DNA of 37,185 bases from Oscillospiraceae bacterium (lineage in GTDB: Bacteria; Bacillota; Clostridia; Oscillospirales; Oscillospiraceae). The notes below the pieces were generated by a model, which saw only the letters and a program-made list of their open reading frames with translations, was not told where the DNA came from and searched no databases. Made by a program: the position numbers and the translations under genes. The stretch is from NCBI GenBank assembly GCA_017937415.1, contig JAGBDQ010000240.1:1-37185 (forward strand). The letters are read 5' to 3'. Positions 12,001-24,000 of the stretch are shown one piece after another. How positions within the stretch are numbered: position 1 is the first letter of the stretch; each line of letters opens with the position of its first letter.

Positions 12001-15000
12001 CACACCGCTGGAAGTGACAGCCTCGCCGTCCTCCACGGTGACGATACCGTAAGCATCCGGAGTGCCCTTGGAGAGCTGGAAGCGGTTGTTTCCGCCAAAG
12101 CCGATAACCCGGCCGTCGGAGAGCCGGAGAAGAGCATGGGCAGCACCGGCATCCACCGTGACGGCCAGGATGTCGGTACCGTATTTCTCCTTCAATTCCT
12201 GTTCAGACAGGCCAAGGACCCGTACGGGAGTACGGGAGTATTCCAGGTTGCGGTCCACCACGGTCTCAGCCATGGTGCCGGTGCCGTCATTGACCAGTTT
12301 GATCTCTTTGGCGTTCAGCTGGCCCTTGGAATTATCGCCCCAGGCAAAAACGCTCTTCGACTGGGTAAAGCTGTTGTCAGAGCCCACAAACTCGCTGGCG
12401 ATCACCACCACATGGCTGTCGCCCGCGGAGATGGCATTGACGCCGGTGAGAATGTTGAAGATGGCCTGATCGTTCACGTCATAATCGCCGCTTACCACCT
12501 GCACGGGCGTGGCGCTGTAAGACTCGCGACCGGAGTCGCCCAGCTGGCCCTTGGTGTTGCTGCCCCAGGTGAAAACGGTTCCGTTGGAGATCAGAGCGGC
12601 GGAGAAGCCATTGCCGGCCTCCACGTCCACCACGTTCTTCAAAATTCCCTTCCCCTTGAAGCCCAGTACCTGCACGGCAGTGCCCAGCTTCTCGCAGCTG
12701 TCCTGACCAAGCTCGCCGTGGTCATTGTCACCGGCGGCCCAGACGGTGCCGTCCTTTTTCAGCGCCAGGATGTGGTCGGTACCTGCCGCAATGTCAATAA
12801 TGTCAGTGAGAATGGCCTCCACGGGGTCGCCTTCCTGATCCAATTCCCCGGTCTGGTAGGTCAGGGTCTTGCGCTCGGCCACCGCCTCGGTGGTGCTCTT
12901 GTCGTAAGGCACCATCCAGGAATGGCCGCCCAGGCAGTACCAATACTGATGCTTCCACTCATCCTCGGGAATGGCATGCCAGTCGGAGTTAAAGCCAGCG
13001 ATATCATCAATACCGTCGCTCCAAACATCGTGGTCATCGGCGTAAATGAGTTTAAAGCTGTTTTGGCCCACCTGGTTGCAGCCTGCCACCGGGCAGTGCA
13101 GAGGAACGTCCTTCCGCAGCGGCTGATAGTCGCCCATAAGGCACTTGTTGGTGGAGCTCGACGCGTTTTTGCACTTCAGGGTACCCGTGAAGTAGGGGAA
13201 GTCCCTGTTGCCCCAGTCGCGGACATAGTAGCTGCCCAGGCTTGCCACCATGATCTTATTGTAATCCTCTGCCACCGAGCTATAGGGCTTACTGCTGTCA
13301 AAGCCCGCGGAGACATAGAATGTCCGGTCGCCGTTTTCATACTTCTTGTTCAGCGGTTCTGATTTCAAACTCCCGTCCTGAGCCGTATAAGTATAGAAAA
13401 ATCCGTCGGTGGGATTTCCGGTGATGCCGCCTGTTCCGATCCCGTCGTCCGCGGTGATGGCCCGGGTCACCATCACCCGCTCGGACTTGGTGGTATGGAC
13501 CTGGGACAGCACCTCATTGCCGGGGGCGCCGCAGATGGGGCAGATCTCGGGAATATCCAGCCAAGTGCCGCAGTTGTCGCCGTCGCCGTTCACATAGTCG
13601 TAGGCGGCGTAGTAGCCGGTGGTGTGGCCCGCGGCCTTCTGCTCCTCGGTGGGGATCTCATACCATCCGGTATAATACTTGGTGACGGCGCCGCTGTCGA
13701 TCTGCTCCTGGGCGGGCTTTTCCACCACGTTATTCCGGGAGTCCCGCCACTCATAGCGCATGGTGATACGGCCGTCGGGGGAGCCCCTCAGCACGATGCC
13801 GTCCGGCTTCTGGGATTCCGCCACCTGGGCGTCGGTATAAATGAAGTAGTTGCCGGTGGTACGGTCGCCCTCACGGTAGACGGCGAAGCCGTTGGGATTC
13901 TCCTTATCCTTCAGGGCCAGAGCGTTCTGAAGCTTCTCCTCTTCAGAGGCGGTGTGGACCAGGTTGGTGGTGATGCTGGTGAGCATACCCACCACGATGA
14001 CCTCGCCGTCATCATTGAGCAGGAGGCTATAGCTGTCGCCGGCGGCCACAGCGCGGATATTCGTATAGGGGTTGCCCTTCTCGTCCATCATCTGGACAGG
14101 ATAGGCACGGTCGATAAAGGTGCTGTCGCCCAACTGGGCGCCGCTGTTGTCGCCCCAGGCCCAGACAGTGCCGTCGGAACGGAGGGCCACAGTATGACGG
14201 GCGCCCACAGCCACCTGAGGCGCGGTAGTGAACGCCTGATCCGCCCTCTCCTCCTGCTTGACCTGGACCCGCACCAGGGCCATACGGCCGGTCTTGGGAT
14301 GGTAGACCTGCACCATGGTCTCGCCGTAAACACGGTCTTCGGCGGTGGCGGCAGGGCTCTGGAACACCAGAGAGTCGCCTTCTCTGCCAATCTCCACCAC
14401 CAGAGAGGGATCCAGAGGCGTAAAGAAGAGATCCCCGTCAGCGATGGGCTCGATGTCCAGATGCTGGAGCAGATTGAAGCCCTTGCTCCAGATAAAGTTC
14501 ATGCTCTTCAGGTCAAAGTAGAGCTTCTCGTCCTCCACCAAAACCACCTGGGGCGTCAGCTCATAGGGCTCAACAGGGGCGGGATCGCTTTCCACGTGGC
14601 CCATGATACGGATGGTCTCAAAGGCCAGATCGCCCACTACGATGGGATAGTTCCAGCTCTTGTTGGTATAGTCGCCCAACTGGCCGTAAGTGTTGTCTCC
14701 GGCGGCAAACACCACGCCGTTGTCCGTAGTCAGGAGCATGTGGTGTCCGCCCAAGGCCATATCGGTGACGCTCTGCATATAGGTGTAGTCAATATCGTGG
14801 AGCACCTGGCCGCCGGGAATGGCGCGGGGCACAGTGTTGTCCCGGTCCACGGGAGTGCCGTTGCGCACAGGGTCCTCTTCGGTGCCGGGGCCGTAATTAC
14901 CCAGCTGGCCATCGGCATTATCGCCCCAGGCCAGGACCTTTACCTTATCCCAGCCCTCCCGGGTCTCCTCGGGGTCATAGACCTTGGTGAACGTGGAGTT

Positions 15001-18000
15001 GAACCCAGCCGCGATCTGCTGTCCGCCTGAGTAAATGTCCCCAGTGGTAAACAGGTCCTTCCGGTTGGGCGTAACATTGACCGTACCGTTTGCTTCACAG
15101 TTGGGTGTAGCGGTACAAGTCAGATCATAAGTTCCGTCGCCCTTGTCGGTCACGGCAGGATCGGTCAAGCTGTACTCAGCATTGCAGGTGGGGCACTCGC
15201 AGACAGTGACGCTCTTGGGGATCCGGGAACCGTCGCCCACCTTGACTAAATTGCCGTTCTCGTCGATCTGGGTCATGTGGATGGGCTGGGTCACAAAGGT
15301 GGGACCGGGCTTCGTGGCGGCCGAGATCTCCACTGCCTTGCCATAATTGTCGCACTTCTTGTTGGTGCAGGTCAGAGTGATGGTCTCTTCGCCGGTGGTC
15401 CCATCTTTCTCGATGGAAACGGCGCCGCCCTCGGCGGTGTCCGCCGAGGTATATTCCCGCTCACAGAGCGGGCAGATATAAACGGTAATATCGTCGCTCT
15501 TGGGCACATAACCGATCTGGCCCTGAGCCGCTTCGCCCCAGACGTAGATGCTGCCGTCCAGGCGCAGCGCAACGGCGTGATCGCTGCCCTGGGCAACTCT
15601 CACGACCTTGTCGAGATACGCGTTATCGCTGTCGAATTCATTATGGCTCTCGCCCTTGTTGACCTTTACCGGCGAGTAGCGGTTGATGGTGCTGCTGTCA
15701 CCAAGAACGCCATGGGCGTTCAGGCCGACGGTATAAAGAGTCCCGTTCAGCAGGTTCACAGCGCTGGAATTACCGCCCGCGGAGATGTTGACCGTCTCCT
15801 CCACGCCGCCGGAGGTACTAGGGGCGGCGCCCTTGCTCATACGCTTCGCAAAGCTGGTGGATTCCAGTTTCCGGTTGTTCTGGCCCAGCTGGCCGAACTG
15901 GTTGTCGCCCCAAGTATAAACATAGCCGCTGATACTGAGGGCCATTGCGTGGTTCTCTCCGGCCGAGACCGCAATGATCCGGTCGATGTTATTCTCAATA
16001 AAATGATCCTTGCTTCCGTCAGGATTCTCAATATAGTACTCGGTGCTCACGGTGAGCCGGCCCAGGACAGTAGCCTGGCCCAGCTTATTGCGGGTATATA
16101 CCACGCCGGGGATCTCGCCCTTTACCTGGCGGTCATTGCCCCGACCCAACTGGTCGTGGGAGTTCTCACCCCAGGACCAGACCCGGCCGAAGTTATCCAC
16201 GGCCAGGGAGAAGTTCTTTCCAGCGGCGATCGCTGTAAAGGAGACGGGCTTTCCATCGAAGGTCAGGCCCTTCAGGATCTGCTCGGGGGCCTGTACGCTG
16301 GTCTTCTTCAGGTCCATGCCCAACTGTCCGTATGTATTGTCGCCCCATGCCCACACCTGGCCAAGGGAGTCCAGCGCCAGGGAGTGGTTTTCCCCTGCCA
16401 CCACCATAGGGGCAGCAGAAATCATGGGGGCAACAAAAGACGCGTCAGGGTCATCGCTCCCATCTTTATACTGCTGCACATGACGGACCCAGACAGGCAG
16501 GGACATCATGTTGCTGTCCGGCTTCTTGTTGGGATCGCCCTTGACGCCGGCATAGTTGTAGTCGATATACACCGTGCCGAAGCCCAGCTTGTCGGTCCCG
16601 CGCACAGTGACCTTGGCGCTGCCGTCAGTCTCGGGTTCCCGGTTAATGGTGAGCACGGAGGGATCCACACTGCCCACGTCCACGTTGGTAAGGTCGTTGA
16701 TCTTTGTATTCTCGCCGTCCGAGATCAGGTTAAAGCCGGTGCGGTAGCTATACAGCAGATCAGCCAGGTCGAAGGAGATATACTGTCCCTGAGACAGCAC
16801 AAGCTGAGCGGGATTCCTCTCGCCCATGGGACGGGTCTGCTGATAGGGCTCATCCGTTGCGGGAGTATCGTCCTCGTTGTAGACCCAGTATTTATCCAGC
16901 AGCAGGGTCTTGGAGTCGCCGTCGCCGGCCTGGACCGGCACAAACGCGGTGTCGGTCTTACCATTGCCCATCTGCCCGAAGGCGTTGTCGCCCCAGTTCC
17001 AGACGTAGCCGGTGGACTTGACCGCGGCCATGTGGTTACGTCCGGCAGCGATCCGAATGCCGTCGGCAAAGGTCTTGATGGTGGAATCCACGTTGGCGCT
17101 CTCGCCCTTATCCACAGCCTTGGGGGCAGTGGTGTAGGCCAGACGATAGATCTCGCCCTGCTCGCCTTCCAACTGGCCAATCTGGCCGTAGACGTTGCTG
17201 CCCCAAGCGTAGACACTGCCGGCCTCAGCAAGGGCCAGGGAGGCTTCGCCTCCGGCAGCCACCTCCACCACCCGGGTGACCTCGGCGGGGAAGTTTATCT
17301 TCTGGGCGGCGGCAACGCGCTGTTCTGTGGTCATCTCGGCGATCAGTTCGGGAGCCGTGACAGGCAGGAGCGGATCGCTGAAGCGGGCGTCCTCGGTATC
17401 ATAGAACCAATCGGTGGAGAGGTAGCCGCTGCCGATGTCATACCCGGGGTTGGCTCTGCCGGTGCCCAGCTGGCCATAAGTGTCCTCGCCAAAGGACCAC
17501 ACCGTTCCGTCGCTGAGCAGAAGCATGGTGTGGTTGCCGCCGGCCGAAATGCCGGTGACGTTATTCATGTATGTAATGACATTATGGTTGCGGTGGGTAT
17601 CAAACTCTGCGGCTTTCTCCGTGGTGTGATAGCCGCCGGAAACGATACGGATAGGCACACGGTAGGTAAAGGTACCGCCCGTCAGATCACCATTGCCCAG
17701 GTTTTTGGCCAGCACATAGTCCAGATCCACGCCCAGCTGGCCCTTGGAGTTGTCGCCCCAGGCGTAAACGCTGCCATCGCTGCGCAGGGCCACCACATGG
17801 CCATCTCCGGCGGAGAGCTTTACCATATCCTTCAGGTAGTAACCCCGGCTGGCGCTCTGGCCCTCCAGCACCTGGGTCAGGTGATAGGTATAGTTATTGA
17901 AGGTAGGCTCGCTCTCGATGACATGACCGGTGCTGTCCTCCTTGTCCTTCTTCAGTTCATCGTTCTGGAGGCGGGTCTGATAGCCCTCCCATGCCTCCAA

Positions 18001-21000
18001 ATACCTCTCATAGGTCCAGCTTGCTCCGGTATAGGTAGGTATGGCCAGCTGCCAATTCGTGTCGTACAGGAAGGGGTCCTCGCCGTCCCGCTCAACGACA
18101 CGAATGATCGGCTTCTGGTCCTTGAGCTCGGCGGTGATCTCATCCCTCACCCGGTTATAAAGCGCCATAGCGGCCACGTAAGTATCGTAATTGGGCATTT
18201 CGGCGGAGATCAACTCGGGCATGGGATTTTTCGCCATGCCGGTCCCTTCCTCCATATCAAAGAGTTCCAGAATCTTTTGTCTCCGGTTTTCCTCATTTTC
18301 CTCGATCTCGATCTCGTAATACTTCTCAAGAAGCAGGAAGGTATCAACCAGGTAATCGGCATACTCAAAGAAGCTGTCCACAAAATAAGGCGAAGAGTAC
18401 ACCCCGTGGTTGATGCCAAGGATCTGCCCTTCCGGTGTATCCGCGTCTGCGGGCATAGTAATGTTAGCCAGGAAATCGTTGCGGAGGGGATCAAAGCCCA
18501 GAAGGTCGTTTGTGTAGCCGGAGCCCAACTGGCCCTTGTCGTTCCGGCCCACGCCGAAGGCGGTCCCCTCGTTGGTGAGCAGGAGGCTGAAGCCGTTGCC
18601 GGCAGCCACATCCACCACTTTGATGCCCGAGCGGAAGGGCAGCAGCTCAGGATCCCCGTCCATGTCGATCATCCGGTCCGCGTAGAAGAGGGTGGGCCAA
18701 TAATCCACGTTCACCTGGTCGCTTTCCGCTTCGGCCTTGGGTGCTCTTCCCAGCTGGCCGGTGGCGTTGTTGCCCCAGACATAAACGTTGCCCTCGCGGT
18801 CCACCGCCAAAGCATGATCGTATCCGGCAGCGATCGCCACAATGTTCTTAAGGACGGTATCAGCGATCTCATTGGTACCGTACACCCTTTCGTACACTTT
18901 TACCGGAGTATCGCTATATTTCATCTCGGTGTCATCGGTGCCCAGCTGTCCCTTGGAGTTATCACCCCAGGCCCAGACGCTTCCGTCCGCCTTCAGGGCG
19001 ATGGAGAAACCGTCGCCGGAGGCCACCGCCGGAGTAGACTTGTAAACGCTCTTTGTGGCGTCCACCTTATAATCCTCGGCGTTGACCACCTTCACGGTAA
19101 GCATGGCGGAGCGGCCGGTTACCCGGTTATAGATCCGGACCACGGCCTCGCCAAAGTCCGCCACCGCGACCAGGGTATAGCCCTTCTCCACACGGACCAC
19201 GTTCGGATTGGAGCTGGTAAGGACAAACTCGCTCTCCTCCACCACCAGGCCGTCCCGATCCTGCACAACGGCATCTTCGTCGGCCCCTTCCATCTTTTCG
19301 GGCATGGCAATATAAGGCTGAGGCTTATTCGCGGCCCCACCCGACGTTGTATTCATGTATGCGGTGCTGGTCAATTCTTTCTTGGAAAGACGGAAACCGC
19401 TCTGATAGCGCTCTACCGTTCCCGTAATATCCAGGGTATCTCCCTTCAGAAGCTCCACTGTAGTACCCAGCAGCAACTGGCTCTGGGTGACAGGGTTTTC
19501 CTCGCTCCACTGCCAGGGCTTCAGATCCCGGTTTTCAATGATCGTGACCTCGATCCGCTCTCCGCCGCTTTCCTGGCCGTCCGCCAGGGGATCGGACGCA
19601 GACTCGGTCTCAGCCTCGGCCTCGGCAGCCGCAGCCACCAGCCCCTCTTCCAGGACCTCCCATGCAGCAGCCTGGCGGGATTGAATGGCGGCGTCCACGT
19701 TCATGGTCCGGAGAGCAGAATCCTCCAGGCTGAACGCAGAAGCACTGACGACAGATGTACCCGAGCCCATAACATAGATGCCGGGGATCTCAATCGCGCC
19801 ACCGTAAGTCAAGAAGCTTCTTCCCGTGTCCGTGCCGGGATGGACTGTGCCGGTCGCCAGATCCGTACTTGCGATACTGGCCTGCCCATCGGGTACCTTT
19901 GTCTCCCGTCCGGTCTCGGCAGGGGTCTTGCTGCCCCAAGTATAGGTATAGATAGTGGAACCCTCGCCCATCAGCGAAAGCTTGAGGGCGCCGGTCCATT
20001 CACTGTTGGCCACATAGGGGAAATGAGCCTTTACCCCTGTTTTTTCGGGTGTTACCGTATCGACGACCGTCTCCTGGTGAAGGATCGGCGCGGAGGCGGG
20101 ATCCGCAAGGTTGACGGTCTCCACCCGCAAAGTGGCGCTGGTGGCTGTGTTGCCTGCGGTGGGATCCAGGGACAGGGCATAAGTCAATGTATAGAAGGGG
20201 ATATTTGTGATCTTGGTGTTCTTGCCGTTCACCGCCACCTTGATCCCGGGCAGCTCACCGCCATTGATATAGATGCGGTAATTGGCCACATTTCCATCGG
20301 CAGGCACTGTGCCGTTGAAAACGCCGTTATCAGTATGCCCCAAGGAATAGGAGGCCCAAACTGCATTCTTTCCGGCAGTTATCGTCTCACCGCGTCCCCG
20401 GTCGCTCTCCAGGGTGATGGTAAGCTCGTTGGCAGCCTCCGACCAGGCAGCGCCGTCCAGCGTCAGCTGCAGGATGTCCACACCTGCAGCTGAGGGCAGC
20501 AGATTGTAAGCGTCACAGAAGATCTTGGAGGGCCGGCTTCCCATGGTAAAGAAGCCATAGCCCGTCTGCTTGCTGGACGACTCACTTTTACCGTCATAGC
20601 TGACGTCGCCGGTTACGCTCCAGTCATACCTTGTGTTGTCGTCGTTCAAGCTGGTAAAAATCCGGGCCTCTGTGCGCAATATGATCTTTGCGTTTTCCAG
20701 AACGGCGTTCCCACTGGGCAGAGGCTGCGACACGTCCGGAGTGGAATCAGCGTTGGCGTAGAACGCCTCCACATAAGCCCAAATCATACCGTCTCTGGGG
20801 GAAACGCTGTACTCCAGGGTATAGTAGTTCAGAGTGATGGCATTGGCGCTGGCAGGGCCCACGGTCAAAAGGCGGCCGGTGTCATACCCATTGTCCACAA
20901 TGGTGTATTCGCCGCTGGCTACCTTGGTGCTGGCATCATTGATAAAATGACCGGTTCCATCGTCCCTCAGCATATACTCGCCAAAGGTACTGACCAGCTG

Positions 21001-24000
21001 AACTTCTTTCCCGCTGTTGACCCAGCCGCTGCCGTCCCGGCGGAGCGACACGGAAACATCATGTCCGGTGGGTCCGGTAACGACACAGGTCATGTCAAAG
21101 GTATCGATCAGGTCCTCCACCGTCAGGACGCCGTTGACTACGCCCTTCCGGATCTCCTGGCCATTTTCATCCTTGCCTTCCCGCTGCACTTCCGTAGACA
21201 CATACTCGTTCTTGCTACCGTCACCGGGAACATTGTCATTCCAGTCGTAAACATAGTTGTCCAACAGGCCGCCGTGGCCGGCTACGGTGATCTCCAGTCT
21301 GCCGTTGCCCCAGACCACTTCATTGTTGGCTACAGGCTTGCCGTCATAGATCGCTGAGATCTCACTGCCGACGGCGCCCACTTCCGTCACATCATACCTA
21401 ATTGTAAAGAAGTCCACAATGGCGGGGTCGGCCGCAAAGTCTCTGCCCTTCCCGACCTCCACATCAGCCAGAGTGTCTTCCCACAAGGGATTGCCGTCGT
21501 CATCGGCAGAGTCGGGAATGGTGGCCCAGATGCTGTAGCTTCCGCCCTTGGCCTTACCGTCCTCAGCAGTGTGGTAATAACCGGTAGGCATATTGTTTTC
21601 ATCCAACTCAGCAATCAGGTCTACAACTGTCGCCACAGGAGTATTCAGTACAAGGCGATAACTTCTATTGTTATCCGGGTAAACAACATGGTCCCTCTCC
21701 ACCCGCACGGTCACACTGTAATCCAGGTCGCCGCCAAAGTTGACCACACCGGCGGCCTGGGGAATGTAAGCCTCTTCAAAGCCCGTTTTGACGGCGGTGG
21801 ACCGGTCCAGCAGGGTGAAATCGCCCAACTGGCCCATGTCGTTTTTGCCCCAGGTATAAATTTGATTTTCGCTGGTGAGGGCACCGCCGAAGCCACCCTC
21901 AGAGGCGGCGTCGATCTTTGCGGTCCCCACATTCAGGCCGCCCGCGGCGGCCACCTTCATGACGATCTCTCCTTCGCCCAGGCCGTCAATCGTGACTTCC
22001 ATCATATCCTTGGTCTGGGAGAGAGCCTCCGGAGACAGCCCCAGCTGACCGCTGTCGTTGCTTCCGAAAGCGTAGACCTTGCTGTTCCGGACGATGGGCT
22101 CGCCGCCCTCCTTAGCAGGCGCCGTGACCTCGCCGCGGAGCACAACAGTATAGAACCGACCGGCGGCAATATCAATGCCGTCCATGACCGGATCGCTTGT
22201 AGAACCGTCTTCAATACTGGATTCCAGCAAGTCGGTGGCAAAGTTAAGGTTGGCCCGCTGGAACTGGGTCACGTTTCCGCACTGTCCATACTGCGTATCG
22301 CCCATCACGCGGATCCGGTTGGTCCGGCCGCCGCCGGCCTGGCCCTCATAAGCCTCGCCGCACAGGGCCACCGTGTGCCGCTCGCCCGCCACGATCTTCC
22401 GGACGCCTGACAGACGCGGAGGTTCGGCTCCGTCGCCATACAGTGCAAAGCCGGGAGTTCTGGCGTAGCCATAGCCGTCATCCGCAAAGCCCAGCTGCCC
22501 GTACTCATTGTCACCCCATCCCAAAACCGACGTGACCGTACTGACGGCCCCGCCCTCGCCTGGGAAAATGCCCACAGCCAAAGAGTGATAGGCGCCCGCG
22601 GCCACCATCGTGCTGTTTGCCATATAGCGCTCGTTGGGGATCAAAGAACCATAATTCAAAATGACCTGGCTGGGATAATCCCGCATCAGGTTATGGTTCT
22701 CCGTGCTCACCTCAAGGCCGGTACCCAGCTGTCCACGGTTATTTCTGCCCCAGGAATACACATATCCATCGCTGTTCCCCAGCAGAGCCAAGTTGTGATA
22801 GCCGCCGGCCGCCACCATAGTGGTCCCGCTCAGATAGGCGGCTCCTTCATTAAACATCTCGCTGTCACCGGCGATTACCTGAAGCGGTACGCAGGAGTAT
22901 TTGTCTACAAATGTCTCTCCTTGTCCCAACTGACCAAACTCATTGTTGCCCCAAGCGTAGACACTGCCATCGGCCGTCCGGGCCAGCACATGCTCGTAGC
23001 CCACCGAGATCTCCGCAATCAAATTGAGTCGGCCATTCCCCATCAGTCCGGCCACCGGCGTGGGGTAGGTGGTATAGGGAACCTGGTCGCTGGTGGACCC
23101 CATACCCAACTGACCCTTGGAGTTGTCACCCCAGGTCCAGACGCTGCCGTCCGACTTTAACGCCACCATAAAGCCAATACCGGCCTGAATGGAAGGCGTA
23201 GTAAAGTTGTCGGCGTCCTTGACCTCAACGTGGAACCCGCCGACGTAACGCTCCTCTAAAGGCAGATCCTCCTGAGCGTCAAACCAGTTCGTGCCGTAGC
23301 GCTCTTCCTTGGTGCCGCCGGTGGGAAGCATCTTGGCGTTGTTTTCGCCGGAAACGTCCGTGTTATCGGTAACATTCAGGCTCAAGTGCTCCAGTTCATC
23401 AGGCTGGGGCTGCACATCGTAGTTAATCTTTACCCCATCCGGAGTAGCCACCGAACGGTCCCGCTCAAAGACATTGAAGCCAACGCTGTAGTACCGGCGG
23501 ATCCCGCTCTTGAACACCAAGAGATCCTGCCGGTCCGTAATGGTCAAGAGTTCGGCAAGCTTATTGACCGGCAGAAGGCTCAGATCCATGTCCTCCTGAC
23601 CGATCGCAGCCAGGATCGCCCGGTCCACCTCTTCTTCGGTCACTCTGGCCGGCTGCTCGGCATAGCGGGCAGTCAACTTCCGGGTCACAACGCCCGTGTC
23701 CGGATCTTCCTCGTCGGTAAACACCCAAACCTTGTTGAAAATCAACTGCTTTCCCACTCCGGCACCTACGCGGACCGGCAGAGGATGGGAGAAGATCTGG
23801 GTCAGATCCGGGTAGAGCTCCTTCAGGGCCTCCGCGGCGCCGAGCTGTCCGGCCGAGTTCCAGCCGGTGGCCATCACAGTGCCGTTTTCCAGGCTGTCAA
23901 CGGTACCATCGTAGTACCAATATACGCTGAAAGCTTCACCGGCCGTAATGCCGCCGGGATTCATCACCGGATTCTCCGACACGATCTCGCCTTCCTCGTT

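Noticed and set aside
17108-17116. Perfect DnaA box TTATCCACA inside the giant gene
   Set aside because: Isolated, and explained by the codons for Ala-Val-Asp-Lys on the coding strand.
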